From IMG/VR virus record IMGVR_UViG_3300032397_003421: DNA of 64,000 bases; one strand, 5' to 3'. The notes under the pieces were generated by a model that made no database searches, was not told where the DNA came from, and saw only the letters and a program-made list of their open reading frames with translations. Position 1 is the stretch's first letter. Each line of letters begins with the position of its first letter. The DNA comes from an uncultured virus (IMG/VR IMGVR_UViG_3300032397_003421) (taxonomy: Duplodnaviria; Heunggongvirae; Uroviricota; Caudoviricetes). This document shows positions 8,945 through 18,730 of this stretch, in pieces. Position numbers and translations under genes: made by a program.

Positions 8945-10789
8945 ATGATATACACGTATGATGGGTTAGTAACAGAAATAAAAAACAGATTATCACTTCT
9001 ATCTGATTGGAATACAATATTATATTATGGAGTATATCAACGTATAGTAGATATGCTTGCATATACTGGAGAAAAACTTGTATATTTAGCAGAATTTTTA
9101 TATAGGGAAGCTAAGTGGATAACAGCAGAAAAAAGAGATTCTCTTGTTAAACTTGCAATATGGTTAGGCTATATTCCATATAGAAAAACTGGAGCAATAG
9201 GAGAATTAAAATTAAGTTATGATCCTACTTTTAATTCAATGTCAATATATACAGGAAAAGAAGTAAATATTCCACGATGGGTAGTTTTTACAAATACTGA
9301 TAGTGATTTAATTACATATTGTACAGAAAGTACTTTCTATTATACTGGATTTATAGGTAACGTAGTTATTCCAGTAAAAGAAGGAACACCCAAAGAATTT
9401 TTATATATTGCTCAAGGAATAGTTAATGAATGTGTTTATGTATATTCTGATTCAACTGATAATACGGAAATTCAAGTTCAGATAGTTGATACATCAGGTA
9501 ATTTTTTATATGAAGCTATCATTACAACTAATTTATATCTTATAAATAATGTTGTAGACTATTACTGTGAAATTTCAAATTCTGCTGCTTATGATTATAT
9601 TAAAATTTGTTTTGGTGATGGTATAAATTCTAAAAAATTAATTGCTGGAGAAAGAGTTCTTGTAAAATATGCAGATACAAAAGGAGCATCAGGAGATATT
9701 ACATCTAGTAATGTAATAACTGTTCTTGTAACAACTTTAGTTGATGAAGATAATCTTCCAGTTACTTTATATGTTACAAATGATGAAGGTATAGTTGGTG
9801 GATCTGAAATAGAAAATATTGAATCAATTAGAAATAATGCCCCTAATTTATTTCAAATAGGATCTTTATTATCATCTACTGCAAATTGGGAAGCTGCAAT
9901 TAATCTTGCTTCTTATGTAAATAAATCAATTGTATGGACAATAGAAAGTCTTGGACTATCAACTACTGTATCTGATCAAAATGTTGTATATTTTACTGCA
10001 GTTTCTACAACTGGAGAAAATTTAACTACCATTCAACAGGGAGATATTATAGTAACTTATTTAACACCTAAAAAATGTTTAACTGAAATGGTAGCATATA
10101 CAGCCTTGCAAAAAATATATGTACGATTTGATATTACTGCTAAAATTGCACTAACTCAAACTTTTACAGTATTAGATGCGGCTATTAAAACAGCATTAAA
10201 TACAGAATATGATATATTAACTACAACATTTCAAAAAAATATATATGAATCTAATTTCTATAGAATTATTGATGAAATACCAAATATTATCTATCATACA
10301 ACTAAAATTTATTATATGGAATCAGATATTAATATAATAACAAGTAATTTAAAATTAAAACCAAGTTATACTTCTATTGACACCCCTAATTTAGATAAAC
10401 AAAATTATTTAGTTCTTGATAGTTTTGAAATTTGGATAAAACGAAAAATTGCAAATGCTTGGGTTGCTCCTTTACAAATAGCATATACCTCAGGAATTAC
10501 TATTTTAGGTATGAATGGATATACAATAACTGGAGGTTTTGTATCATATTCAACAAATCAAGTTTCATTTACAATAGCAGAAATTGTAGCAGATGTTACT
10601 CATGTAATATATGGTATTGCAGATCCAGGAGATTCTGATCCTTTAGGATATAAAATATTTATTTCATATAAAATGCAAGATGGTAATACTCCAGCAACTC
10701 AACAAAATAGTATTAGACTTCCATATTTTTATCAGATAACAGACATTGAAGATTCATTCATTAATGCTGATTTATCTTATATATCTTAA
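8945..10789 (+). CDS. Baseplate wedge protein (T4 gp6 / baseplate J-like)
   Basis: DMLAY..E..TA..RDSLVKLA..LGY; FGDGINSKK; GGSEIENIESIRNNAP. Confidence 0.85.
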   Translation: MIYTYDGLVTEIKNRLSLLSDWNTILYYGVYQRIVDMLAYTGEKLVYLAEFLYREAKWITAEKRDSLVKLAIWLGYIPYRKTGAIGELKLSYDPTFNSMSIYTGKEVNIPRWVVFTNTDSDLITYCTESTFYYTGFIGNVVIPVKEGTPKEFLYIAQGIVNECVYVYSDSTDNTEIQVQIVDTSGNFLYEAIITTNLYLINNVVDYYCEISNSAAYDYIKICFGDGINSKKLIAGERVLVKYADTKGASGDITSSNVITVLVTTLVDEDNLPVTLYVTNDEGIVGGSEIENIESIRNNAPNLFQIGSLLSSTANWEAAINLASYVNKSIVWTIESLGLSTTVSDQNVVYFTAVSTTGENLTTIQQGDIIVTYLTPKKCLTEMVAYTALQKIYVRFDITAKIALTQTFTVLDAAIKTALNTEYDILTTTFQKNIYESNFYRIIDEIPNIIYHTTKIYYMESDINIITSNLKLKPSYTSIDTPNLDKQNYLVLDSFEIWIKRKIANAWVAPLQIAYTSGITILGMNGYTITGGFVSYSTNQVSFTIAEIVADVTHVIYGIADPGDSDPLGYKIFISYKMQDGNTPATQQNSIRLPYFYQITDIEDSFINADLSYIS

Positions 10790-10803
10790 TGGAGAATGAT
10801 TAA

Positions 10804-11970
10804 GTGAATTTTTCATTTAAAAAATTTATACCAAAAGTAATGCAAGAGACCAAATGGGGGTCTCTTACTGAAGTATGGCAATCTATTTATGTAGATATTA
10901 AAAATGATAAAATAAAAGCAATTTTTAATCAATATGATTTTGATAATATTACAGAACAAGAATTAAGGGATTTAGCTGTAATGTTAGGATTCAATTTAAA
11001 AACTTTAAATGGTTATACTTCTACTTTAAATTTTATAAAAAAAGAAATGTTATTTTTAATTCCAAGATTAAAAACAAAAACAACTCCAACTTGTTATCAA
11101 TTACAAGGAATTCCATTTAATATAATAGCAAATGGATATTCAATTATTTATGATAATAATTTAGATAAATATATTGGAGATGAAACTTTAATTGGATCAG
11201 ATGTACAAGGTACAGTTACTTTAGATAGAGAAGATAAAAATTATACATATATGGGAAGTCTTATTAATTTAGACAATTATATTAATTTAGATAACTCTCC
11301 ATTCTATTATATGGACACTTTATATCGAATATCTATAGGAACATATACTGAATTAGCAGAATCATATTTAGATTTTTATGAATTTCCAACACTGGATGGA
11401 TCTTCTACTTTATATTCATTAACAAGAAACATATTATTTAATTATACGCATAAATTTGTTGAATCTGCGACAGAATTTATTTCTTTAAATACGCTTAAAG
11501 TTCTTAAAAGTGATATAGATCAATTTAAAAGAATGACAGATAGATGTTATTATGAACCATATTTACATTTTGATTTAAATTCTGATCATTCAATAACTAA
11601 TAAAACTTGGACAGATTATTTAGGAGTAGCAACAGCAACACAAAAAAATATTTTAATAGAAAATTCTTTTACTGATTGGTCTGGTATAAGATTTGGAACA
11701 AGCGCGCATTCAGTAATTACTACATCGATTACTGATGTAAATAATTACTCTTTTTCATGGGATTATAGAAGTGGTACTAATAAAATAATAGAAACAGATA
11801 TTAACTATACTTTTAGATTATTAATAACAGAAATGCAAAAAATAACAGAATTTACTGAATTAGCTGTTATAAATATGTCAGGAACTTGTGTATTATATAG
11901 TACATTTCCAAAAGTTCAATGGGATGAAGGAATGTATAATAACTTAAAATTTGAATTTAAAATTATTTAA
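10804..11970 (+). CDS. Baseplate wedge protein (gp7 / P2 gpI-like)
   Basis: Follows the gp6-like gene; LRDLAVMLG; C-terminal FTELAV..LYSTFPKV. Confidence 0.55.
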   Translation: MNFSFKKFIPKVMQETKWGSLTEVWQSIYVDIKNDKIKAIFNQYDFDNITEQELRDLAVMLGFNLKTLNGYTSTLNFIKKEMLFLIPRLKTKTTPTCYQLQGIPFNIIANGYSIIYDNNLDKYIGDETLIGSDVQGTVTLDREDKNYTYMGSLINLDNYINLDNSPFYYMDTLYRISIGTYTELAESYLDFYEFPTLDGSSTLYSLTRNILFNYTHKFVESATEFISLNTLKVLKSDIDQFKRMTDRCYYEPYLHFDLNSDHSITNKTWTDYLGVATATQKNILIENSFTDWSGIRFGTSAHSVITTSITDVNNYSFSWDYRSGTNKIIETDINYTFRLLITEMQKITEFTELAVINMSGTCVLYSTFPKVQWDEGMYNNLKFEFKII

Positions 11971-11986
11971 ATAAGAGGTTTTTTAA

Positions 11987-13327
11987 ATGTCAGCAACAAA
12001 TCTAGGGGATCAATATATTACATTTGATTATAAACACCCAGCAAAAGGAAGTGATTTTAATACTCTTCTTAGAGAAGCAATTACTCCTGGTGTTTATAAA
12101 GGCGGTCTTATTACTTATTCTGGTACAGGAATAACAATAGCTCCCTTTGTTATATATATAAATACAAGTACAGATAAACTTGTAAGAATTGAAACTAGAG
12201 CGAATGTAAATATAACAGTTACAGAATCTACACCAGTAATAGCACTTACGTATACTTGGCAAGATGTTTCAGAAGATTGGTTAGATTTTAATCAAAGAGC
12301 ATCTGGATCAGGAGCATTAACAAATGAAGTATGTTTAGGTGAATGTATATTTGGTGGTGGAGTAATTACAAGTATAACTTATGCTAGTAAAACATGGGGT
12401 AAAAAATTTACAAATGATGTTCCTATTGGAACTTCTCCTTTTATAATAACCTCTACAACTAAAGTATCAAATCTTAATGTAGATCAAGTTGATGGAGCAG
12501 ATTTAAGTACAGACGTAACTTTTGCTGGAAATAGTGATGTTTTAATACCTAGTCAAAAAGCAGTAAAAACATTAACATCACATCCTATAACAGCATATAA
12601 ACAAGCAACATATCCTATAACAGATACAGATGGATTACAAGTTATCGAAGTAGATACGACAGCGGGGGCAGTTACAATTACTCTCCCTCTTATGGCTAAT
12701 AATCTAGGAAGACAAATACGAATCCAATTTGTAAAAAATGATGCTTCTCTTGATGTAGTTACAATCTCTCCTCATGCTACAGATGCTGGTAAATTATCAA
12801 ATGATTTACTCGCATCGATTATACTTCCAAAAGTTGGAGATTTTATAGTAGTTCAACAAAGTGTAAATTCAGATTGTTGGGAGATTGTAAATGAAAGAAT
12901 TACAAGTCAGTTGAGATTAGACACATATGCGGGTTATGGATCAACTGATACAAAAATTATGAGATTTACAACTGTTACTGAAAATTTTGGAAATATGTTT
13001 TCAGAAAACCATGTTAGTGGGTATTCTGGTAATGCTAAAGGGTTGGAAATTACTATAAATCGATCAGGAAGATATGCTTTTATACATTCTGGAGTAGAAA
13101 GTGGGACAGCTGCATTTTATGGTCTCTCACTTAATTCAGCACAACGTACAACTGATGTAACATCAATTACAGCTAATACTATTTGCTCAATAAGTTTTGG
13201 GTCAGCTACAGCTGGAATTGTTATGGCTTATACAGCGTATCTTAAAAAAGGAGATATTATGAGACCACACTCAACAGCAATAGCTCCGGGGAATATATTT
13301 TTTTCTTGCACATATTTAGGAAATTAA
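11987..13327 (+). CDS. Tail fibre protein 1
   Basis: Thr/Gly-rich; VSNLNVDQVDG and DTTAGAVTITLP fibre motifs; paralogous to 13730-14986. Confidence 0.7.
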   Translation: MSATNLGDQYITFDYKHPAKGSDFNTLLREAITPGVYKGGLITYSGTGITIAPFVIYINTSTDKLVRIETRANVNITVTESTPVIALTYTWQDVSEDWLDFNQRASGSGALTNEVCLGECIFGGGVITSITYASKTWGKKFTNDVPIGTSPFIITSTTKVSNLNVDQVDGADLSTDVTFAGNSDVLIPSQKAVKTLTSHPITAYKQATYPITDTDGLQVIEVDTTAGAVTITLPLMANNLGRQIRIQFVKNDASLDVVTISPHATDAGKLSNDLLASIILPKVGDFIVVQQSVNSDCWEIVNERITSQLRLDTYAGYGSTDTKIMRFTTVTENFGNMFSENHVSGYSGNAKGLEITINRSGRYAFIHSGVESGTAAFYGLSLNSAQRTTDVTSITANTICSISFGSATAGIVMAYTAYLKKGDIMRPHSTAIAPGNIFFSCTYLGN

Positions 13328-13328
13328 A

Positions 13329-13718
13329 ATGAAAAGATATATAAAAATAAATGAAAAAAATGAAATTATAGACTTATTTCATGAACATGTTGTTTCTAAG
13401 TTTGATGGAACGGAAATATTTTTTGATGAAGTTCAAGAACAATCAATATGGATAGAAAATAAATGTATTTCAGATGAAATGGGAAATCCAATATTTAAAT
13501 TTATAAATAAAGAAATTATTGAAATAGATACTTCTGTAAATTTAAAAGAATTTAGATATAATAGAGATTTAGAAATATGTATATCTCAAAGAAAATCTGC
13601 TTATATAAACGAAAGTGATGGATTATTTTTCGATTTTCAACGAGGGGAAATAGAAAAATCAGTATGGATAGCTAAAGTTGAAGAAATAAAAACTAGATTT
13701 CCAAAACCAATAGAATAA
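13329..13718 (+). CDS. Tail fibre assembly chaperone-like protein
   Basis: Between the two fibres; C-terminal RKSAY..ESDGLFF..W..KVEEIKTRFPKP typical of fibre-associated proteins. Confidence 0.55.
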   Translation: MKRYIKINEKNEIIDLFHEHVVSKFDGTEIFFDEVQEQSIWIENKCISDEMGNPIFKFINKEIIEIDTSVNLKEFRYNRDLEICISQRKSAYINESDGLFFDFQRGEIEKSVWIAKVEEIKTRFPKPIE

Positions 13719-13729
13719 AAAGGTATAAC

Positions 13730-14986
13730 ATGGGAACAACAGATTATGGAACACAGACAATAACTTTTAGATATAATCAAGCACTTATATCTTCTGATTT
13801 AGGAAAACTACTTTATAATATTACTAAACCAGGAATATATGATGGTGGTAATCTTACAATAAATTCTGGAAATAATGTTAATATAGCACCTCTTGATTTA
13901 TTGGTAGAAACATCAGCACTACAAATGATGCATGTAAAAACTACAACAAACATAGTATTTCCTATTACTGAATCTACTCCATATATAACGTGTCAATTTA
14001 CATGGGTAGATTCTACAACTAATTATATGGATTTTACTGCTAAAGCCGTAGGGGACTTACTTACTTCTGATGTAGTTGTTGGTATGGGAGTATATATAGC
14101 AAGTACTTTAACTTCATTTTCTTATACATCTAAAACTTGGGGTACATTTGATAGAAGTGGTAATATGAGAAGTACAAATGTTATTGCTGCTATAGATGTT
14201 ACTATTTTAGGAGCTAATGGATTATATAATAGTACTAAAGCACTTACAACATATGGTAATACCACAGTAGCAAAAACAGCTAATTATGTTATGTTAGATA
14301 ATGATGGATATTCGCGAATTGAATGCAATACTACTTCTAACGCCATAGCCATTACTCTCCCTTTAATGGCTAATAATATTAGTAGAAGAATAGAAATTGC
14401 ATTAGTCAAAAACGATGCATCTTTGGATGTTGTTACAATTTCTCCTCATGCAACAGATGCCGGAAAATTAAGCACTGATTTATTAGCATCAATTGTTCTT
14501 TCCAAGGTTGAAGATTTTATTGTTATACAACAAAGCGCAACCTTAGGCTGCTGGGAAATTATCGACGAAAGAATTACTTGCGAAATAGCATTTCTTACTT
14601 CTGCTGGATATGGGTCTACGGACACTTGTGTTCTTAAATTTGCTGGAGTATTGTATTCTATAGGTAATTTCTTTTCACACAATCATGGCGCATACGGAAC
14701 TAAAGGGCTAGAAGTAACTATTTTAAAAAGTGGGCATTATTATGCAGATTTCCTTGGTTGGGCTAGTGGGGTAGGCCAGCCAATTGATATTACAGCTAAT
14801 GCTACTGTATTAAATGCACCGTTAGCATATACTAGCGTGTATTCTATGGCACATATGGACGTTAATGGGAATTCTGCTCAAATATCAGCATTAAGATATT
14901 ATGTAGCAGGAACAATTATAAGATTTATGTCATTTGGTCCCCATGTTAATACGATGCATAAAGGTAGTATAAGCTATAGAGGATAA
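13730..14986 (+). CDS. Tail fibre protein 2
   Basis: Shares the N-terminal domain and ITLPLMANN..VKNDASLDVVTISPHATDAGKLS with fibre 1; divergent C-terminus. Confidence 0.7.
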   Translation: MGTTDYGTQTITFRYNQALISSDLGKLLYNITKPGIYDGGNLTINSGNNVNIAPLDLLVETSALQMMHVKTTTNIVFPITESTPYITCQFTWVDSTTNYMDFTAKAVGDLLTSDVVVGMGVYIASTLTSFSYTSKTWGTFDRSGNMRSTNVIAAIDVTILGANGLYNSTKALTTYGNTTVAKTANYVMLDNDGYSRIECNTTSNAIAITLPLMANNISRRIEIALVKNDASLDVVTISPHATDAGKLSTDLLASIVLSKVEDFIVIQQSATLGCWEIIDERITCEIAFLTSAGYGSTDTCVLKFAGVLYSIGNFFSHNHGAYGTKGLEVTILKSGHYYADFLGWASGVGQPIDITANATVLNAPLAYTSVYSMAHMDVNGNSAQISALRYYVAGTIIRFMSFGPHVNTMHKGSISYRG

Positions 14987-14999
14987 GTAATTTAAAAAA

Positions 15000-16322
15000 A
15001 TGTCAATATCTAAATATGAATTTGAAATGCTCTCAACTCCTAGTTGTATCAATTTTTATAAAGAAGATTATAAAGATGGAGATAAATTAGGTACACCTAT
15101 TAGAAATTGGTCAAAGATTCTTTTTAAAGATTCTTTATTTGATTTCTTTCCATACAGTGAAATATATTTTAAAGATTCTGCTGGTCAAATAGTTGATAGT
15201 GTTTATTTTGTAGAAGGTCTTGAATTTCATTGTAAATTAGGTTTTCAAGAAGAAATAGTAAAAGATAAAGATGATAATGATAAAAAAATTGGTGGATATC
15301 TAGAACATGATTATATTTGGTCTGCTTTTGAAATAAACAATATTACATTTGCCCAATCAATATCTGGTGATAATATGTTTATGATGGTATCTAAACATTT
15401 TTATAATGATTATCCACAATCTAGAACTTTTAATCATGAAAGTTCTACAACTAAACAAACAATAAGTAATATACTTATCAATACAATATTACCTGCTTGG
15501 GGAATAGATAAAAGTAAATTTAGAGGTGGAGAAAAAGGTAAAGAAATAAATTCTATTACTGATACTACTGGTACGCCATATTTAAATCAAAATAATATAT
15601 CTAATAAATTATTTGTTTCTAAATTAGCAGAATATGCATATAGTCAAAATAATAAAGCATCTGGGTTTTATACATTCATAAATTGCAACGGTGAATTTTA
15701 TTTTATGACTATTCAAGGTATGTTAAATCAACCCCCTGTTAGAAAATATAAAATAGATTTACATCAAGATATGATGACAGATGAATATTATATTAAAGAT
15801 TATCGAGTATTAAATGGTGGAGTTCCAGTTAATTTTGAAAATTATAAAAGAAAAATATATAGATATAAAGCAGATGGAACAAATATCGCAGAAACAAAAA
15901 ATATTCAAACTTATGCAAATGAATCTGAATTAGATACAGCAACTCAACTTCTTATTAGAAAACAATATATACCAACTGTAAATAGTAAAGTAACATATGG
16001 TGGAATACAAGAAGAAGAAAATGGATTAGAATTTTATCAAGGTTTTGTAAATTATTTTTATAGAGATACACTTTTATGTTATAGAATGGTAATTGTAGTT
16101 GATTTTTATGCTGGACTAGTATCAGGAAAAACTATAGAAATAGAAGTAGAAAAACAAACTAAAACAAATGAAATAGCTGGAGAGTTTTCTGGTAAATGGT
16201 TAATATGTGAATCAATACATATCATGGATAAAAATGGTATTCCTTATTCACAACTTACAATAAGTAAACCTCAAATAAAAATAGATCAATCCCATCCATT
16301 TAAAAAAGATTTTACTCCATGA
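15000..16322 (+). CDS. Baseplate hub / tail protein (gp27 / gpD-like)
   Basis: 440 aa; C-terminal GKTIEI..FSGKWLICESIH motif typical of hub proteins. Confidence 0.6.
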   Translation: MSISKYEFEMLSTPSCINFYKEDYKDGDKLGTPIRNWSKILFKDSLFDFFPYSEIYFKDSAGQIVDSVYFVEGLEFHCKLGFQEEIVKDKDDNDKKIGGYLEHDYIWSAFEINNITFAQSISGDNMFMMVSKHFYNDYPQSRTFNHESSTTKQTISNILINTILPAWGIDKSKFRGGEKGKEINSITDTTGTPYLNQNNISNKLFVSKLAEYAYSQNNKASGFYTFINCNGEFYFMTIQGMLNQPPVRKYKIDLHQDMMTDEYYIKDYRVLNGGVPVNFENYKRKIYRYKADGTNIAETKNIQTYANESELDTATQLLIRKQYIPTVNSKVTYGGIQEEENGLEFYQGFVNYFYRDTLLCYRMVIVVDFYAGLVSGKTIEIEVEKQTKTNEIAGEFSGKWLICESIHIMDKNGIPYSQLTISKPQIKIDQSHPFKKDFTP

Positions 16323-16699
16323 ACAAAAAAACAATACTCCTTGTTGAAGATGAAATTATTATAGCAATAACAACTAAAATAATTCTTGAAAATTATGGGT
16401 ATATTGTTATTATTGTTAATACTGGAGAAGACGCAATAAAAACTATAAAAAATATACCTAATATTCAACTTCTTCTTATAGATATTGATTTAGGAAAAGG
16501 ACTAAATGGTATTGAAACTGCAGAAATAATTTTAAAAAATTATGACATTCCAATAATTTTTCGTTCAAGTCATATAGAACAGGATATTATAGAAAAGATT
16601 AAAAATATAAAAAAAATAACTTCATATAGTTATATAACAAAAAATTCAAATAATGTCGATCTTGACATCTCAATAAAAATGGCATTTAAATTATTGTAA
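16319..16699 (+). CDS. Stand-alone response regulator receiver (CheY-like REC) protein
   Basis: ILLVEDE acidic pair, phosphoacceptor in LLLIDIDLG, conserved S (FRSSH) and K (YITK). Confidence 0.9.
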   Translation: MNKKTILLVEDEIIIAITTKIILENYGYIVIIVNTGEDAIKTIKNIPNIQLLLIDIDLGKGLNGIETAEIILKNYDIPIIFRSSHIEQDIIEKIKNIKKITSYSYITKNSNNVDLDISIKMAFKLL

Positions 16700-16704
16700 A
16701 CAAA

Positions 16705-16959
16705 TCATATTTTATGTTGATGTTTATGTTTAGAAATTAAAAAAATAGATTTTATAAAAAGTTCTATTTTTTTTTGAATCTTTTTTCTCATATATCTATT
16801 AAATGATTGTCTAAGTAATTCAATTTCTTGTACTATAATTTCTTTAGGTGCATGAAATTCAATTAATTGCAAAAATCTTTTTTTTCTTCTATTTATTAAA
16901 TAATTATAGTAGAAATTTCTTTCTCTTCTTATATAATGCTTAATAGTCTTGATGAACAT
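16705..16959 (-). CDS. Hypothetical protein
   Basis: 84-aa basic ORF overlapping the sbcD-like gene end. Confidence 0.4.
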   Translation of the reverse strand: MFIKTIKHYIRRERNFYYNYLINRRKKRFLQLIEFHAPKEIIVQEIELLRQSFNRYMRKKIQKKIELFIKSIFLISKHKHQHKI

Positions 16960-17840
16960 TCTTCTGATACCTCCTTTGATAAAATTTTTTCAATAGAATA
17001 TTTTTTAAACTTTTCAAGTATTGTTGCTTTTTCAAATTCTTGTTTAAAAGAACTTTCTGTATTTTCTGTTCTTAATAGTTTAATACCAGCTTCTCTTATA
17101 TAATAATCTTTATATTTTTCGTATACTAATTTTTTATTTGGTACATTTATAATATTAAGTATATTATTTTTATTTGATGGTTCTTCTCCATAATTAATAG
17201 TTTCATATTGAAAATAAATTGGAACTTTAATAATTTCTATTTGTTTATTATTTATTTTAAATATCTTATGATTTTGATCTTCTAAGTGTCGAGTGCTTAC
17301 TGGAATACCTACGATATGATGTTGATTATTATAATTATCAATAAAAGAAGATTGTAGATGATGATGGCCATGAAAAAAACATCCTTTTAAATTTGGAAAA
17401 GATACGCCTTCATCTGCAAATTGAGTTTCTTGTGGCATTAAATGAGTAAAAATAAAATCAAAATTACCTTCTAAATCTTGATATGTTTTATAATCATATT
17501 TAAAAGGAAGCATAAGACAATTCATATTATCTATAATAACAGATGTTGCATCTTCATAAACAAATACATTATCTATTAATTGAAATGCAGATAAAGCACT
17601 CCCTTTGTTTTTTGATAGATCATGATTGCCCTCTAATATATGAGTTATATTTTTTCTTTTCAAAAGAAATTCTTTAAAAATTTTATAAACTGACCAAACT
17701 GGAGTTGAATTATCAAAAATATCACCTAACAAAATTAATTCTTCATTACAATAATTATCATTTAACCAATTTAAAAATTGTTTAGTTGATTTTAAAAAAG
17801 GTTCTTTATTTTTTAAATGTAAATCAGAACAACAAATCAT
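16929..17840 (-). CDS. sbcD: SbcD/Mre11-like DNA repair nuclease (T4 gp47-like metallophosphoesterase)
   Basis: SDLH, LGDIFD, GNHD, FTH and GHHH motifs. Confidence 0.8.
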   Translation of the reverse strand: MICCSDLHLKNKEPFLKSTKQFLNWLNDNYCNEELILLGDIFDNSTPVWSVYKIFKEFLLKRKNITHILEGNHDLSKNKGSALSAFQLIDNVFVYEDATSVIIDNMNCLMLPFKYDYKTYQDLEGNFDFIFTHLMPQETQFADEGVSFPNLKGCFFHGHHHLQSSFIDNYNNQHHIVGIPVSTRHLEDQNHKIFKINNKQIEIIKVPIYFQYETINYGEEPSNKNNILNIINVPNKKLVYEKYKDYYIREAGIKLLRTENTESSFKQEFEKATILEKFKKYSIEKILSKEVSEECSSRLLSII

Positions 17841-17979
17841 AGTTTATTTTCCTCATATGCCTTATATTTATTAATTAGTTTATCTATAACAGGAACAAGA
17901 CCACTTATACTATTAACATTATCTTCAAAATCTTCAATTAAATATTTTAATATTTCTAAATCTTCTATAAGAGTAGTAT

Positions 17980-18234
17980 TCATATTATTCCTTTTTCCTT
18001 ATATCTTTGACAAATTCCTTTTAAAGTATTATATAATATATTAAGTTGTATTCTATTCTTTCTAATATATTTCATATCATATTCATTTAATGCCATACAT
18101 ATTAATTTAGTAGAAAAATTTTTTTGTAAATTTTGTAATAATTTAAGTTTTTGACTATAAGAAATTTCAATTATATTAGACAATATATCATTTATATTTT
18201 GTTCTCGAATAAAATTATAATATATTTGTCTCAT
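17980..18234 (-). CDS. Hypothetical protein
   Basis: 84 aa, AGGAG RBS, early-type promoter upstream. Confidence 0.55.
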   Translation of the reverse strand: MRQIYYNFIREQNINDILSNIIEISYSQKLKLLQNLQKNFSTKLICMALNEYDMKYIRKNRIQLNILYNTLKGICQRYKEKGII

Positions 18235-18254
18235 TTCTATTTTCTCCTATTAAT

Positions 18255-18283
18255 AAAATATAAACTAATTATAAAAAATTAAA
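18255..18283 (-). promoter_or_regulatory. Early-type sigma70-like promoter (TTTAAT-N17-TATTTT)
   Basis: Member of a repeated intergenic motif. Confidence 0.5.
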
Positions 18284-18318
18284 CTTTAAATAAGAATTTA
18301 AATTCTTATTTAAAGTTT
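18281..18318. terminator. Perfect 38-bp palindrome, probable terminator
   Basis: aaactttaaataagaattt|aaattcttatttaaagttt just downstream of 18332-18625. Confidence 0.55.
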
Positions 18319-18331
18319 TTTATTATTTAAA

Positions 18332-18625
18332 TTATTTAGTTTTTTTAAACAATAATAAAATAGCTAACAATGTAATAAATTGCCAACCATTACTTTTTAG
18401 TTCAGTGCTTATAATTGTTATTACATCTTTAGATACTGTAAGAATATATGCTATCATTCCTACTTTACCTGTAAAAATTACATCTATTATAAGAGCAGTT
18501 ACAAAAATTAAAATTAGCGCTCCTTTAAAACTCGCTAATTGTAATGTAATAGAACTTATAATTACATCAAAAACTCCTAAAATCTTAATACCAAATGCTG
18601 TTAACCATGCTACAAGCTTAACCAT
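18332..18625 (-). CDS. Small membrane protein (holin candidate)
   Basis: 97 aa, 2-3 hydrophobic segments, basic C-terminus KKTK, late-type motif TACTAATT at 18665-18672. Confidence 0.4.
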   Translation of the reverse strand: MVKLVAWLTAFGIKILGVFDVIISSITLQLASFKGALILIFVTALIIDVIFTGKVGMIAYILTVSKDVITIISTELKSNGWQFITLLAILLLFKKTK

Positions 18626-18730
18626 ACAAAATTACCTCAAAATTAAATTTTAAAACTTAATAATAATTAGTATTTATTTTATTTTATTTTAATTTTTAAT
18701 GAATTATTATAACTTCAATTAAAATAATAA

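Noticed and set aside
11987..14986. Diversity-generating retroelement or invertible tail-fibre cassette
   Set aside because: No reverse transcriptase or invertase is in the window, both fibres are in the same orientation, and differences between the shared blocks are not adenine-specific.
1526..16468. Antisense and alternate-frame ORFs in the tail operon (1526, 4278, 5102, 5612, 6196, 10432, 12002, 14446, 16286)
   Set aside because: They are shadows of longer well-supported genes, with no RBS or motifs.
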